Shown: positions 43,177-54,465 of the stretch, piece after piece
Position numbering within the stretch: position 1 is the stretch's first letter
Layout of the letters: each line of letters starts with the position of its first letter
Source of the DNA: an uncultured Planctomycetota bacterium
Lineage (GTDB): Bacteria; Planctomycetota; Planctomycetia; Pirellulales; Lacipirellulaceae
Direction: 5' to 3'
Assembly (NCBI GenBank): GCA_963719315.1
Contig: CAVRBU010000012.1
Span: 1-64,000 of the forward strand
Length of the DNA stretch: 64,000 nt
The notes under the pieces: generated by a model
Seen by the model: the letters and a program-made list of their open reading frames with translations, nothing else
Told to the model about the DNA's origin: nothing
The model's database searches: none
Program-made: the position numbers and the translations under genes

Positions 43177-43936
43177 ATGTATCCGATCAAAGAGGCCAGG
43201 TTCCTTGCGCCCGACGTAAAGCTCCTTAGAATTGGGCGCCGCTCGTAGCCCGGAAGCGCAAAGCGGGCCAGTTCGTCATCGTTCGTGTGCATGAACTCGG
43301 CGAGCGAATCGCGCTTACAATTGCCGATTCCGATGCCGATGCCGGAACTATTGCGATCATTGTTCAAGGAGTCGGTAAGACGAGCAAGCTGATCAACATG
43401 CTCAATCCAGGCGATGTAATGCTCGATGTCGTTGGGCCACTTGGTAATGCATCCGACGTTCGCAAGTTCGGCACCGTAGTCATGATCGGCGGCGGTGTCG
43501 GCGCCGCCATCGCCTACCCGACCGCAGTCGCTATGAAGCAGGCCGGCAACCGCCTGCTTAGTATCATCGGGCCAGAACCAATTGGTTGTTGATACTAGAA
43601 AACGAAATGCGGGCTACCAGCGATGAACTGTTTGTGATGACCGACGACGGCAGCTATGGCCAGCATGGGTTCGTCACCAACAAGCTTGAGGAATTGATTG
43701 CCGCGGAGGAACAAATTGACCATGTGCTGGCCATCGGTCCAATTCCCATGATGCAGGCGGTTGCGGAAGTGACCCAGCCGCACAAAATCCGAACAACCGT
43801 GACTCTCAATCCGATCATGGTGGATGGCACAGGGATGTGTGGGGGGTGCCGAGTCCTGATAAACGGCGAGAGACGGTTCGCTTGCGTGGACGGACCGGAG
43901 TTCGACGCCCACACCGTCGACGTATTTCCGGAGTAA
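43177..43936 (+). pseudogene. NfnA/SudB-like FAD/NAD-binding 2Fe-2S subunit, two frameshifts and truncated C-terminus
   Basis: MYPIKEARFLAP.., GQFVIVRV..GERIALTI, GPLG, GGGVG, NPIMVDGTGMCGGCRV, CVDGPEFD then early stop; no NfnB gene follows. Confidence 0.75.
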
Positions 43937-44300
43937 ATGACAAGTTATCGTGGCATGAGCACTCTCATCTACCTCTTCACCACGGGAGCCGTAGTCGTTT
44001 ATTTTTTCTCGCGGATGGTCGTTACATCACGACCAGCGAAACTGGCTAGCGGTAACACCGGCGGCCGGAAAAAGATTGTGTGAACTCAGCCGCCAGAGAA
44101 GACGACAGCCCCAACTTCTGTGATTAGTTTCCAGAACGATAACCGTTAAATGTCCAAGTACTGGGGCTCACCGATTCATGCCCCCTTGAAGTTCACCTTT
44201 AGGAGTGACTACGCGGAAATTCTGTATCCATTCCACCAACCGAATCTTGGCGCCGGTAGGCGCTACCCGCTTCGCGAACACGTCCCAGCCAACAGCTCCA

Positions 44301-44675
44301 TCACAGTCGCCACTCCACACATGCTTCTGGATTTTCAAGAAACGCAAGTCCCTTTAATAGCTGGTCCACCGACGCCGGCTTCGTAAAGCGTAAGTCGAAA
44401 CCTGATTCCCTTGCTGTCTTTCCAATTGCTGGCCCGCAGTAACCAGTATGTGCAATGAGGACTGGCTTGCGACGAAGTTTGTCGCGGATCTTACTTGCGA
44501 CTTGAAAACCATCCAGCCATGGTAAATCAATACAACTGATGACAACGTCCGGCTTACTTTCCAACACGAGCTGCAGCCCCGCCCGTCCGTCGAACGCGGC
44601 ACTCAGTTCATTACCATACATACTTAAAAGACGGGAAAGAGTTTTCCCAAGAACAGGGCAACCCGAAATCATCAC
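44301..44675 (-). pseudogene. Degenerate receiver-domain protein
   Basis: AFDGRAGL..PDVVISCIDLPWLDGFQVA..TGY..GFD..TKP; acidic pocket and phospho-Asp positions altered. Confidence 0.6.
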
Positions 44676-44907
44676 GATGCGATAGTTCCCAGTAACCGAT
44701 ACTTACCGCAGTAGCGAGGTATGAGGCGGCATGGGCCCTCTGTTTCGGAGACAAATTACCGTTTTAGTAACATTCGCCGAATCTCTCGGAATTAGCAGCC
44801 CACAGCGGGCGTTGCGGCCGCCAAGGCCACCCAATTCAAAAGCAGAGCTCCGTATTTGACCGCTAACGCGTTCAAACGAGTCGGTTCGACTCAGAACACC
44901 TGCCCAT

Positions 44908-44942
44908 AAAAACCGTCGAAGGGGAGATTAGCCCCCTTCGAC
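44908..44942 (-). terminator. Intrinsic terminator after fused ccsBA
   Basis: 10-bp stem GTCGAAGGGG/CCCCTTCGAC (44915-44942) followed on the minus strand by GGTTTTT, 16 nt after the stop. Confidence 0.7.
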
Positions 44943-44957
44943 AAAAATAAAGGTTTT

Positions 44958-47900
44958 TTAAGATGTGAGGTTGGATTTCGACGTGGAGAGCGGCTCGAAC
45001 CAGCGATGCGGCATAAGGCCCAGGCCGATCAGGGCGAGTTGCGAGGCTGCGAATGTCAGTAGCCACATGGCGGTGCTGCTTTCCGATGCACCGTACGCGT
45101 GCAGGCCGACGCCATACTCGTTGACACCGAAATACGACCAAGTGGTGACGATATTGCCGGCGACGGCGAGCGTCGCCAAACCGCGGCCCTTGACGAGGCC
45201 GCCCCAACGGGCATGGAGTACAAGCGCATTCCAGAGTACGATCATGAGCGCTCCGTTTTCTTTTGGGTCCCAGCCCCAGAAGCGGCCCCAAGAATCGTCG
45301 GCCCACAGCCCGCCAAGCACCGTGCCGACGAAGCTGAAGAAGATCGCAAAGCAGAGCGTACCGTACAACGTTCGTAGGACTTTCTTGCGGGCATCTTCAT
45401 TGATTACAGGGAACACGTGCGTACACAGGATGTACACGATGCCCCAGGCCCCGGCGGCGTAGGTTGCAGCGTACCCCAGGTTGATTGTGATCACGTGCGT
45501 GGCAAGCCAGAACTGTGTATCGAGCACGGCCTGCAAGACGATAAACGTGTCGCCATCGAGTGACAGATTGTAAGCGAGGAACAACGTAATGAAGCCAATG
45601 ACGGAGGCCACAATGTTTGCCAATCCCAGCTTTTGAATTGATTCCAGGATGAGCGAGAGGAGTACTGCCGCCCAACCAATGAAAATGGCCGTCGAATACA
45701 AATTCGTAATTGGCGGCCGGCCGGAAATGTAAATCCGCGACACCAGCGCAAATGTGTGCAAGGCAAAGGTGAACCACAGCAGCCAGATGGATGCCCGCCG
45801 GAGCGGCTGTGTCCAGCCGATCCACGAGAGGACACCCAACACGAACGCAAAAACGTACAGCACACAGGCGTAATAGAATGGGCTGAACTGATTGAAGAAG
45901 ACTTCAAAATTGGATTTTGCCTGCGAATACACCTCCGAGTTCGCAATGCCCGCGGACCGAAGCTGTTTGGCATTTTCGACAAGCGATTGCTCGTATTTGT
46001 TCAACAGGGCGCGGTAATCCACTAAATGCTTGTTGAAGCTCGCAATATCGCCGCTAGCATAGGCTTTGAGCAGAGAGCCTAGTGCTATCGTCGCCGGATT
46101 CAGCGGCCGCTGCAGTTGATCGTGATATTGCAGCTCCAGACCGGCCTGAATATACGGTGCCCATTCGCCAACAGCCGTGGTAGGCGGTACAGCAAACGGC
46201 GGGCTGGCGCGGAGCAACTCTTGCAGCGCCGCGATGACTGGTTGTGGATCGTCACTTTCGGTTGGCGAGCGGAACGCTTCAACCAGGACCGAATAAAAAT
46301 CATACTTTCGTCCCAGCTCGAGAACTTTGATTTGAAACAGGGAGCGGTCCTTCTCGGGCGTCGCCTCCGCGAGCATCCGTTGTCGATCGAGTTCCGTCCT
46401 GACGTTTGGTTGATCAGGGAGATTCGCGACCTTGCTCGTGATCTCGTTGAGCGAGTACCGCCAGAAAAGTGGTCGATGTTCCAGGCCCAGCGCGTCGAGA
46501 AGGTCGAGATTTTCAACGCGGAAGACGCGATGGTCACCCGCGCCGTTGGCTCCGCAGATTGCGTCGAGCAGCCAGCGAATCGCCGGCAGGTGCGACGCGA
46601 CTTTACCCTGTTCATTGAGAACCCCTACTTCCTGTCGGCCAGACAGGATTTGCAGACTGTTGCGGGCGAGCGTGTCGTAGGGCTTAACACGGCCTTCGTA
46701 GACGACTGGGAACTTCGCCAACTCATAAATCTGCATTTCGCCGGGTGAGGAGTGTGGCATGCGGGCTTTGCCCACCATGTAGCCGGCAAATACGATCAAC
46801 ACGAGAGCCGGAAACCACTTAGCAATCGTTGTCCAGCGATTCGTGGCGGCGATCGTCGTCGCGCTTCCACGGTAATTGTGCTTTCGTTCGCGTTCAACGA
46901 CCTGATCCGCAATCGCGGCAGCGTCGAATCGTTGCTCATCCTCGGCGCGGCGCTGTAGGTACCGAAACAGCATCAAGCTGAAATGCGCTAGCATGCCGAT
47001 CCCGACGAGCATGCAACCTACGTACGGTGTCATCCAGCTTGGGTTCTTGACGACCTGCAGCACGGTGCTTTTTTCGGTTCTCTTGTCGAAGCTCGATTGA
47101 TAGAACGTGATGCCCGCGTAACGCAACGGGTTGTTCATCCAAATCGGCACCTCGCGCTCGATATGATATTTTGGATCCTTAAAGACCACGAGCGACGAAT
47201 AGTTTTTGGCGGTGTCGGTGCCGGCATAGCGATCGAACCGGAAATCCTTCAGCGTCACCGCGAAGGGATGGTAAATGCGTTTGTAACGCAGGGCCACGTC
47301 GTAGGTGTGGCCGTCGGACTCTACTGGCTGGTCGGCAAATTCTTGCGACATGAGATACGTGCCGAGACTCCGCCCGGACTTCTTCGAGACCAACTCAACG
47401 TAGGCCGCGGCGGTATCGACCTTGCCGGCATCCTGGCCCACGCCGGTGGCGGGTGGTGCCGCGCCGGCAATTTGGTGCATGCCGAAACCAACTGTCGCGG
47501 CGTTCGATTCGCCCTCAATCGGAGCGCAGAGCGCGGAGTTTTTCAGCCAGCGATGGACGCGAATCGTGAATGGCAAATCGGGATGATCGATGGGCTCCGC
47601 TTCGCCGACATTCGTTACCAGCAGTTCCACCGGAATCACCGTCACGAGGTCGTGATCGCCCTGCGAGTGGTCGACCACCGCTAACTCACTGGTGCGGACG
47701 TCGCTGGAGTAGATGGCAGTTTCGCCTTCGCCGATGACCATCTGCGATTCCTCGGCTGCCACGGCCGTAAATAGCTCGGTAAGCATGATCAGAGCTATAC
47801 CACCATGCAGGAGCACAATGCCCGCCCGCTTGCGGAATACCAGGATGCCGCCGACGAGCAGCACGATCGCCGACGCTGAGCCTTTGGCAAGCTGCCACAA

Positions 47901-48623
47901 AATGCGAATGCCGGAGTTGTCGAGCCGAGCGTCGAGGTGGGCGAGTAGCCAGACGGTGAGAATTGCCAGGAGGACATCGACGACGAGCAGCACGCGCCAC
48001 TCGATGAGTTTGTACTTGGCGGGCGCGTTCCAAAATGCAAGCACGTACGCGCCGGAGGCAGTCAGCACCACAAGCAGGGCGCGGAAACAATGCCAGAACG
48101 TATCGCAGAAAGCGCCCGAGAGTTCGCTTTCCACTCCCTGGTTTGTGCCGCTGCGGATGACCAAATACGTCACCAACAATCCGGTGGCGATCGTCGCCAA
48201 TCCGGCGAACAATCGCCTGCCTGACGCGGCGACTTTGAATCGCATGGTGTGGGCCGCAGCGAGGTTGATGAGCAAAGCGAGGCCGAGAGCCTTCCCTCCA
48301 GGAAAGGGGAACCAGCCTTGCAGCCTCCAATCCACGCTTTTGCGGAATAGTTGGACGAGTCGCTCGAAGACCTGGAGGTCGACGTGAGCAAGCCACACGC
48401 GGAAATACGTGTCGTTGACGACACGCCAAACGTCCTGGTCCTTTTGGGCGAGTGTGCCTACAAAAACCAGAAATATCGATAGCGAAAACAGGACGACGGT
48501 GAGTCGTAGTGACGCGAGCGTACTGAACACTTGCTTAAGGGAGAACTGCGCGACGGACAGTTGCGATCGCGAGTCGGCTGGTTGCAATAGGCCGCGAGGC
48601 GGCGCAACGTCACTTGTTGCCAT
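44958..48623 (-). CDS. ccsA: Fused system II cytochrome c synthase CcsBA (ResB-ResC)
   Basis: LASLRLTV N-terminus, IWMNNPLRY..FYQSSF ResB motif, GRVKPYDT, GRPPITNLY, FWLATHV, WADDSWGRFWGWDPKE, GLHAYG. Confidence 0.92.
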   Translation of the reverse strand: MATSDVAPPRGLLQPADSRSQLSVAQFSLKQVFSTLASLRLTVVLFSLSIFLVFVGTLAQKDQDVWRVVNDTYFRVWLAHVDLQVFERLVQLFRKSVDWRLQGWFPFPGGKALGLALLINLAAAHTMRFKVAASGRRLFAGLATIATGLLVTYLVIRSGTNQGVESELSGAFCDTFWHCFRALLVVLTASGAYVLAFWNAPAKYKLIEWRVLLVVDVLLAILTVWLLAHLDARLDNSGIRILWQLAKGSASAIVLLVGGILVFRKRAGIVLLHGGIALIMLTELFTAVAAEESQMVIGEGETAIYSSDVRTSELAVVDHSQGDHDLVTVIPVELLVTNVGEAEPIDHPDLPFTIRVHRWLKNSALCAPIEGESNAATVGFGMHQIAGAAPPATGVGQDAGKVDTAAAYVELVSKKSGRSLGTYLMSQEFADQPVESDGHTYDVALRYKRIYHPFAVTLKDFRFDRYAGTDTAKNYSSLVVFKDPKYHIEREVPIWMNNPLRYAGITFYQSSFDKRTEKSTVLQVVKNPSWMTPYVGCMLVGIGMLAHFSLMLFRYLQRRAEDEQRFDAAAIADQVVERERKHNYRGSATTIAATNRWTTIAKWFPALVLIVFAGYMVGKARMPHSSPGEMQIYELAKFPVVYEGRVKPYDTLARNSLQILSGRQEVGVLNEQGKVASHLPAIRWLLDAICGANGAGDHRVFRVENLDLLDALGLEHRPLFWRYSLNEITSKVANLPDQPNVRTELDRQRMLAEATPEKDRSLFQIKVLELGRKYDFYSVLVEAFRSPTESDDPQPVIAALQELLRASPPFAVPPTTAVGEWAPYIQAGLELQYHDQLQRPLNPATIALGSLLKAYASGDIASFNKHLVDYRALLNKYEQSLVENAKQLRSAGIANSEVYSQAKSNFEVFFNQFSPFYYACVLYVFAFVLGVLSWIGWTQPLRRASIWLLWFTFALHTFALVSRIYISGRPPITNLYSTAIFIGWAAVLLSLILESIQKLGLANIVASVIGFITLFLAYNLSLDGDTFIVLQAVLDTQFWLATHVITINLGYAATYAAGAWGIVYILCTHVFPVINEDARKKVLRTLYGTLCFAIFFSFVGTVLGGLWADDSWGRFWGWDPKENGALMIVLWNALVLHARWGGLVKGRGLATLAVAGNIVTTWSYFGVNEYGVGLHAYGASESSTAMWLLTFAASQLALIGLGLMPHRWFEPLSTSKSNLTS

Positions 48624-48790
48624 CAGTTGCTCCACCGCCGGCGGCGAACCGCAGCGAGTTCAAGAACAATATAAACGCAACTTCCTGGGCGGTGACGACC
48701 TCGCGATCGCCGTGCAATTTTATAAACCAACTCTGCCCGCCGGAAGCGAACGTCGCGTCGAGCGCAGCCAGCCTGGCCTGCGACTGGTGC
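48610..48790 (-). pseudogene. C-terminal remnant of a periplasmic lipoprotein gene
   Basis: GGQSWFIKLHGDREVVTAQEVAFILFLNSLRF resembles GGQLHFIKATGPQKTIASHAAAIQQFIRSAK at the end of 56783-57430; stop overlaps the ccsBA start. Confidence 0.45.
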
Positions 48791-49008
48791 AATCGACATG
48801 CGGTCCGCAGCTTCGAATTGTAGCGGAAATGCGGTCGAATGGTACGGCAGGATTTCGAGTTTCGACCGCGCAAAAAAAAGAGAATACGAGAGCATCAGAC
48901 GCACGGTCGGAGTTCACGACTATCTCGATACGACAAAACAGGTGTCACTAAATAAGGATTCTCCCGCCACGTCGCCGATTTCGGTCAACAGGTACACGCC
49001 AACACAAT

Positions 49009-49302
49009 CTAATCCGCCAGCTGAAACAGCCGCTCAAGTGCGTCCAGAAGTCGAGGAGAGGAATTGTCGAATGTTTCGTCGCGCAAGGATTCCAGCGGCG
49101 GACGGAGGATGGTCGCAACGAGGCAGTCAGCAAAGTGTCCGATCTCTAGCCGAGAACGCTCGTCCAACCCGGGCAATCGATGGTAGAGCCGGTCGAGCTC
49201 TTTGGTCCGGATGCTCGTTAAGGCGGCGCGAAAGCGCGCAATCACCGGATCGTTGTTCCGATCAAAGCCATCGGTCGCGTCAATACTTTTTTTGAAGCAC
49301 AT
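49009..49302 (-). CDS. Small protein resembling the glutamyl-tRNA reductase (HemA) dimerisation domain
   Basis: PVIARFR....IRTKELDRL..RLP.LD....EI..FADCLV..IL.PP..SLR pattern. Confidence 0.6.
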   Translation of the reverse strand: MCFKKSIDATDGFDRNNDPVIARFRAALTSIRTKELDRLYHRLPGLDERSRLEIGHFADCLVATILRPPLESLRDETFDNSSPRLLDALERLFQLAD

Positions 49303-49549
49303 GCCGGGTTCCTCGAGTTTCCGAAGAGGTCAGATAGTAGCAGGGCGATTTGGGAGGGCACAAGTCTGTTACATGATTGCAATTTCGCTGTGCTGGCACT
49401 CACTATTCGGCTTTGACATTGCTCACCGAGGTTGCTAGCCTTCGCCCGCCATTCTGCCATTTGAATGGCGCACTGCGGAAGATAGCACACAACCTTTCGT
49501 TTAGGCAGTTCATGCTATGTTCGGCAACTGCCACAAGCGGTAAGCGTAA

Positions 49550-49975
49550 ATGACGTCCGGCGTCAAACTTATGATCGGAGCGATTCTAGTGGCTGGGGCT
49601 ATCGGCTACCTCGCTTATGTTGGTGCGGCCAGCAGTTGGCAGTATTACTTATCGGTAGATGAAGCAGTCGGCGAATCGGCAAGCCTAATGGGAAAGCAGA
49701 TTCGGGTGAGTGGTCGGGTTTCGCCTGGAACCCTTGCTATTGTCGATGACCGCCGCGAGGCGACGTTCGAGTTGCTCGGCGATCGGCACGCGATGCACGC
49801 CACGTGTCGCTGTTTGATGCCGGACAATCTTGCCGAGAACATCGACGTCGTAGTCGAGGGAACACTCCAAGCGAACGGCATCAAAGGACACAAGGTGATC
49901 ACACGCTGCGCGAGCAAGTATCAGCCGAAGCAAACGTCAAACTCGCCCGTTGAGCCGCCCGCCAAACGGACGTAA
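49550..49975 (+). CDS. ccmE: Heme chaperone CcmE, cysteine variant
   Basis: N-terminal anchor, YYLSVDE, IRVSGRV, PDNL, VVVEG, CASKY (CxxxY instead of HxxxY). Confidence 0.9.
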   Translation: MTSGVKLMIGAILVAGAIGYLAYVGAASSWQYYLSVDEAVGESASLMGKQIRVSGRVSPGTLAIVDDRREATFELLGDRHAMHATCRCLMPDNLAENIDVVVEGTLQANGIKGHKVITRCASKYQPKQTSNSPVEPPAKRT

Positions 49976-50035
49976 GTGGCCATTGTCTTTTGCTGCCCCG
50001 CCTTGCGTTGAACGATGCTCAGCGAAGGACCAGCG

Positions 50036-52040
50036 ATGAGAGTGCTCGGCGAAATATGTTTGCTTGTTAGCCTAGTCGCAACAGGCTATGGGGCCTTTCT
50101 ATCGGTTGGCCAAGGAACCGCTGCGCCGGCCGCGGCAGCGGCTTGCCACGTATGCCGCACTCGTTGGATTCGCATCTTTGACAATCACCTTGGTCGTCCT
50201 CGCATGGGCACTTGTCTCAAGGGACTTTCGTTTTGAATACGTTGGGCAGTACGCCAGTCGACTATTGCCTTGGCAGTATTGCTTCTCAGCGCTCTGGGTG
50301 GGCCAGGCAGGTTCATTGCTACTTTGGTCGTGGATGATGGGCATTTTAGCGATGGTGCTGGGCATTGCGCCCGCCGTGGACACCGAGGTGAGAGATACTG
50401 CCTTCGGTTTGGTCATGGGCAATGTCTGCTTCATCGTGGCGGTGATGATATTCGCCGCCGATCCGATGGCACCCAGCCTGATTGTGGCGGATGAAGGCGC
50501 AGGGCTCAGTCCACTACTGCAACATCCGTCAATGCTCATCCACCCACCGATCGTATTCCTTTCCTACGCTGCCTGGTCGGTGCCCTGTGCTCTGGCCTTG
50601 GCCGCGCTTTGGCATCGTCGTATCGACGCGAGCTGGACACAGATGGCCCGGCCGTGGGCAATTTCGGCGTGGACAATACTCGGTGTCGGCCTGTTGCTCG
50701 GCGCGCACTGGGCATATCAGGAGCTTGGCTGGGGCGGTTATTGGGGTTGGGACCCCGTTGAAAACGGCTCGCTGTTGCCCTGGCTTACAGGCACCGCGTT
50801 GATTCACAGTTTAATGGCGTGGCGCTTTCGCCAACGATTGAAGAAGACCGCCTTCGCACTGGCAATTTGCACCTTCGCCCTTTGCAATTTCGCAACATTT
50901 CTTACACGCAGCGGCATCTTTAGCAGCGTTCACGCATTCAGCGAGTCGCCCATCGGATGGATGTTTCTCGCGCTGATGAGCTCGCTGACGGTTGGGGGTA
51001 TAGCGCTACTGATACGCGGCCGTGTCGCGCTTAGTTGCGAGCCGCTGCCGACCAGTTTGTTGGCCCGCGAGTCGTTGATTTTCGTTTCCGTCTTCTTGCT
51101 TCTGCTGCTGACGGTCGTGGTGCTCGTAGGCACATTGGTCGCGCCGGTGTCGAGGATTGTAACCGGTCGGATAATTCAGGTCGGGCCTGCATTTTATAAC
51201 AACGTATTGCCCCCGATTGGTCTGAGCCTGCTGGCGATCACTGCGGCCGTTCCCTTGCTCAGGTGGGGCGCTCCGCCAACGGTGCGAGGCCGCAGGCTCC
51301 TTGCTATTTGTCTTCTAATCGGCCTGATAGTCACTGCACTAAGTTTCGCCTTAGGTGTGCGACATCCGTTGGTACTCATTGTAATTGGCCTTGTGGCCCT
51401 TGCCCCTTGCACGCTATTGGCCGCAGGTTGGGAAAATGTTCGGGAACGCAAATCGCGTTGGCGCTGGAATGAGCTGTTGCATACGTTGTCGAGCGGTCGT
51501 CGTAAGTATGCCGCTTATGCCATCCACTTGGGTATCTTTTGTGTGGCGATTGGTATAGCCGGCTCTTCGCTCGGCACGCGACGACAGGAATTCACACTGG
51601 CTGAAGGAGACGTGATTGAATGGGAAGGCCGTCTGGTTCGCTACGTGCGACTTGAACAGAAGCAATTGCCAGATAAGTTGGTGGCCGAAGCCGTGTTGGA
51701 AATTGTTCGAGACGGTTCTGCACCAGTCGAATTGCGGCCGGCCCGCCATCTACACTTGTTACAAAACGAATGGACGACGGAAGTCGCCATCCATTCCACT
51801 TGGCTTGGAGATTTCTACACCGTCCTCAACGCCGGACTTGGTGATGGGCGCGTGGCGATTACGCTCGTCAACAATCCGATGATGAGGTGGATTTGGTTAG
51901 GCGGGTTCGTGACCACGGTCAGCGCGATCCTTGCCGCTTGGCCGACTCGTCGCGGGAGACAGACGAACGTGCAATCCGCTGAGCCGGCAGCTGATCAATC
52001 GTCGCGGAATAAACTTCCGCCAAGTACGCGTGCCGCCTGA
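50036..52040 (+). CDS. ccmF: Cytochrome c heme lyase CcmF (one apparent frameshift near 50105)
   Basis: WVGQAGSLLLW, GLSPLLQHP, IHPP, WAYQELGWGGYWGWDPVEN, TRSG..SSVHAF. Confidence 0.93.
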
Positions 52041-52083
52041 TGGTCTACGCCAGGTCGCGATGGCGTACCGACGTGATGTGCTT

Positions 52084-52833
52084 ATGGTTCCTAGAATCAA
52101 CAAAGAATTCGCTAACGCGATCGTCAATCCGGGCGTTATTGAGCCAGCAGTGCGCAACGCGGTGGATGTGATCGGCATGACCGTCATGCGCGATCGTGTA
52201 CCCGTGCTGCGCGACATTCATCTTTCCGTTACTCCGGGTGAAACAGTTACCTTCATGGGCCCGAACGGCGCGGGCAAATCAACACTTTTAAGGTGCTTTG
52301 CTGGTGTGGTGCGACCCGTGCATGGCGAAATCCACTGGTTTGGTAACTTCAAATCCCGCTCGCTGGCTACTCGACGGCGCATCGGATTTGCGGCCCACGA
52401 TCCAGGACTGTACTCCGAGCTTACCGCTTTGGAAAACTTAGTATTTACATGTCGCATGTACGGTGTGCCAGAACCCGGCAAGCACGCAACAGAGTTATTG
52501 ACCGATGCCGGTCTTGAGGCGGCCGCGAATCAAATGGTTGGACAACTCTCTCAAGGTATGCGGCAACGCTTGGCGATAACACGGGCCATAGTTCACCGCC
52601 CCGATCTAATTCTGCTCGATGAACCATTTGCGAGCCTTGATGCGCAAGGTCGCGATTGGCTCGAACGGCTGTTCCAGCAATGGCGGGCGGCTGGGCGGAC
52701 CCTATGTTTCGCCAGCCATGATATTCGCGAAAACCACGGTCTAGCCGACCGTATCGTGTCGCTGGATGGTGGTTGCATCGTTGCCATCGAACCAACCAAA
52801 CGTCTTCCTATGTGTTTGCCGCAGAGTGCTTGA
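52084..52833 (+). CDS. ccmA: Heme exporter ATPase CcmA
   Basis: GPNGAGKST, LSQGMRQR, LLDEP; start uncertain. Confidence 0.88.
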   Translation: MVPRINKEFANAIVNPGVIEPAVRNAVDVIGMTVMRDRVPVLRDIHLSVTPGETVTFMGPNGAGKSTLLRCFAGVVRPVHGEIHWFGNFKSRSLATRRRIGFAAHDPGLYSELTALENLVFTCRMYGVPEPGKHATELLTDAGLEAAANQMVGQLSQGMRQRLAITRAIVHRPDLILLDEPFASLDAQGRDWLERLFQQWRAAGRTLCFASHDIRENHGLADRIVSLDGGCIVAIEPTKRLPMCLPQSA

Positions 52834-53519
52834 TGAGAGTACCTGAGTCAGCCCGATCCATTTGGTGGCTAATCCACAAAGATCTGACCCGAGAGCTACG
52901 CGCGCACACGACCTGGCCGGGTATGCTGCTACTCGGACTCGTGATGGTATTTCTCTTGGCGACACAAATTACATTGTCGCTGGATCAAAAGTCTCCCCTC
53001 GTTGGCGGATTGTTGTGGCTGTCCATTTTCTTCGCCGGCACATCAGCACTGGAACGGTCGTTCACGAGCGAACGCGACGCCGGATGTTGGCAAGTGCTAA
53101 CCTTGTATCCAGTCGACCCGAGTGTTCACTTTCTAGCCAAGACGGCCGTGAATATGATCTCGCTGGCGATATTGGAGTGCGTCCTCATTCCCGCGTTTAT
53201 CGTGTTGACCGACGTGCCGCTTCTCGCGCGACCCGGTCCTTTACTGTTGATTGTGGCACTAGGGACAATCTGCTTCGCTTCGATTGGAACGCTTGTAAGC
53301 GCCTTAGCGGCCGGTCTCCGGTTTCGCGGCGGCTTGCTCGCGCTATTACTGCTGCCGTTGGTTACGCCGGTCGTACTGGCGTCCGCCGAGGCAACCCGAA
53401 TCGTACTTGCGGGCGAGAGCGATCTGACTTTCTGGCTGTGGACTCGCCTCCTGGCCGTTTTTTCCCTGGTGTTCACGATTTCAGGCGCTGTGTTGTTCGA
53501 ATTCGTGATGGAGGATTAG
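52833..53519 (+). CDS. ccmB: Heme exporter permease CcmB
   Basis: KDL..E.R, RSF..ERD.G, LLLPL..P, FEFVMED; multi-TM. Confidence 0.88.
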   Translation: MRVPESARSIWWLIHKDLTRELRAHTTWPGMLLLGLVMVFLLATQITLSLDQKSPLVGGLLWLSIFFAGTSALERSFTSERDAGCWQVLTLYPVDPSVHFLAKTAVNMISLAILECVLIPAFIVLTDVPLLARPGPLLLIVALGTICFASIGTLVSALAAGLRFRGGLLALLLLPLVTPVVLASAEATRIVLAGESDLTFWLWTRLLAVFSLVFTISGAVLFEFVMED

Positions 53520-53523
53520 GTGC

Positions 53524-54243
53524 ATGAATGCCCGACCGATGTACGGCGTTTCGATCGCCGCAATTGCTGCAACGACGCTGATCGCCTCTCTTGTGCTTAC
53601 TGCGTTGTTCATGATCTTCTTGGTTGCGCCTACGGAGGCGACCATGGGCGAAGTGCAAAGAATCGTGTACCTGCACGTGTCTGTCGCCTGGTGTGGCTTG
53701 GCGGCAATGTTCGTGACGGCGTTGTGCGGCGCGATGTATCTCGCACATCGCCGGTTGGAATGGGACTTTTGGTCCCAAGCAGCCGCCGAGGTGGGATTCT
53801 TATGCGCAACGCTCACTCTCGTGACCGGTTCAGCATGGGCGCACGAAGCGTGGGGCACCTGGTGGACTTGGGAGCCGCGTCTCACATCATCTTTCGTGAT
53901 GTGGATCATGTATTCCGGGATTCTGTTGGTCCGATCAAGCATTGAAGACCCACGTCGCCGTGGGAGGACGAGCGCGGTGCTGGCGTTAATTGGTGTGGCC
54001 GACGTGCCGCTGGTGCTCATGGCCACCCGCTGGTTTCGCGGCGTGCATCCCGTCGCCCCGGAAATGGACTCGCATATGCGGATCGTGTTGCTAATGTCCG
54101 TCGTGAGCTTCACCGCACTGTTTGCGTATTTGATCGTACAGCGAAGGCGACAATTGGCGCTTGCTGAACAGGTAGCCGAAGCCGAGTCTTCGGCGTGGTG
54201 CCCAAGCGCGACGCCACGACCGAGCCTCAGGCAGTCAATTTGA
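53524..54243 (+). CDS. ccmC: Heme exporter CcmC
   Basis: QRIVYLHV, WAHEAWGTWWTWEPRLT, GVHP. Confidence 0.92.
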   Translation: MNARPMYGVSIAAIAATTLIASLVLTALFMIFLVAPTEATMGEVQRIVYLHVSVAWCGLAAMFVTALCGAMYLAHRRLEWDFWSQAAAEVGFLCATLTLVTGSAWAHEAWGTWWTWEPRLTSSFVMWIMYSGILLVRSSIEDPRRRGRTSAVLALIGVADVPLVLMATRWFRGVHPVAPEMDSHMRIVLLMSVVSFTALFAYLIVQRRRQLALAEQVAEAESSAWCPSATPRPSLRQSI

Positions 54244-54256
54244 CGGAGGGCGAATC

Positions 54257-54418
54257 ATGGAAACTTTGGTGACAACATACGCTGTGGCCGTGCTGGCTGT
54301 GTGCGCCTATGTAGTTTGGCTGGGCCTTGGAACACGACGCCTCGCACGACGCTGGCGCAAATTGCAGACAAGCTTCCAATCCCCTTCAGGTAATTCAATT
54401 TCCAGAGTGGTTGCCTGA
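54257..54418 (+). CDS. ccmD: CcmD-like small membrane protein (53 aa), not in ORF track
   Basis: GGAGG RBS; METLVTTYAVAVLAVCAYVVWLGLGTRRLARRWRKL..; directly after ccmC. Confidence 0.75.
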   Translation: METLVTTYAVAVLAVCAYVVWLGLGTRRLARRWRKLQTSFQSPSGNSISRVVA

Positions 54419-54465
54419 GTTTGTGAGTTAAGCGCGCCGCTTGTGATTGCTTTGTGGAGAATCGG

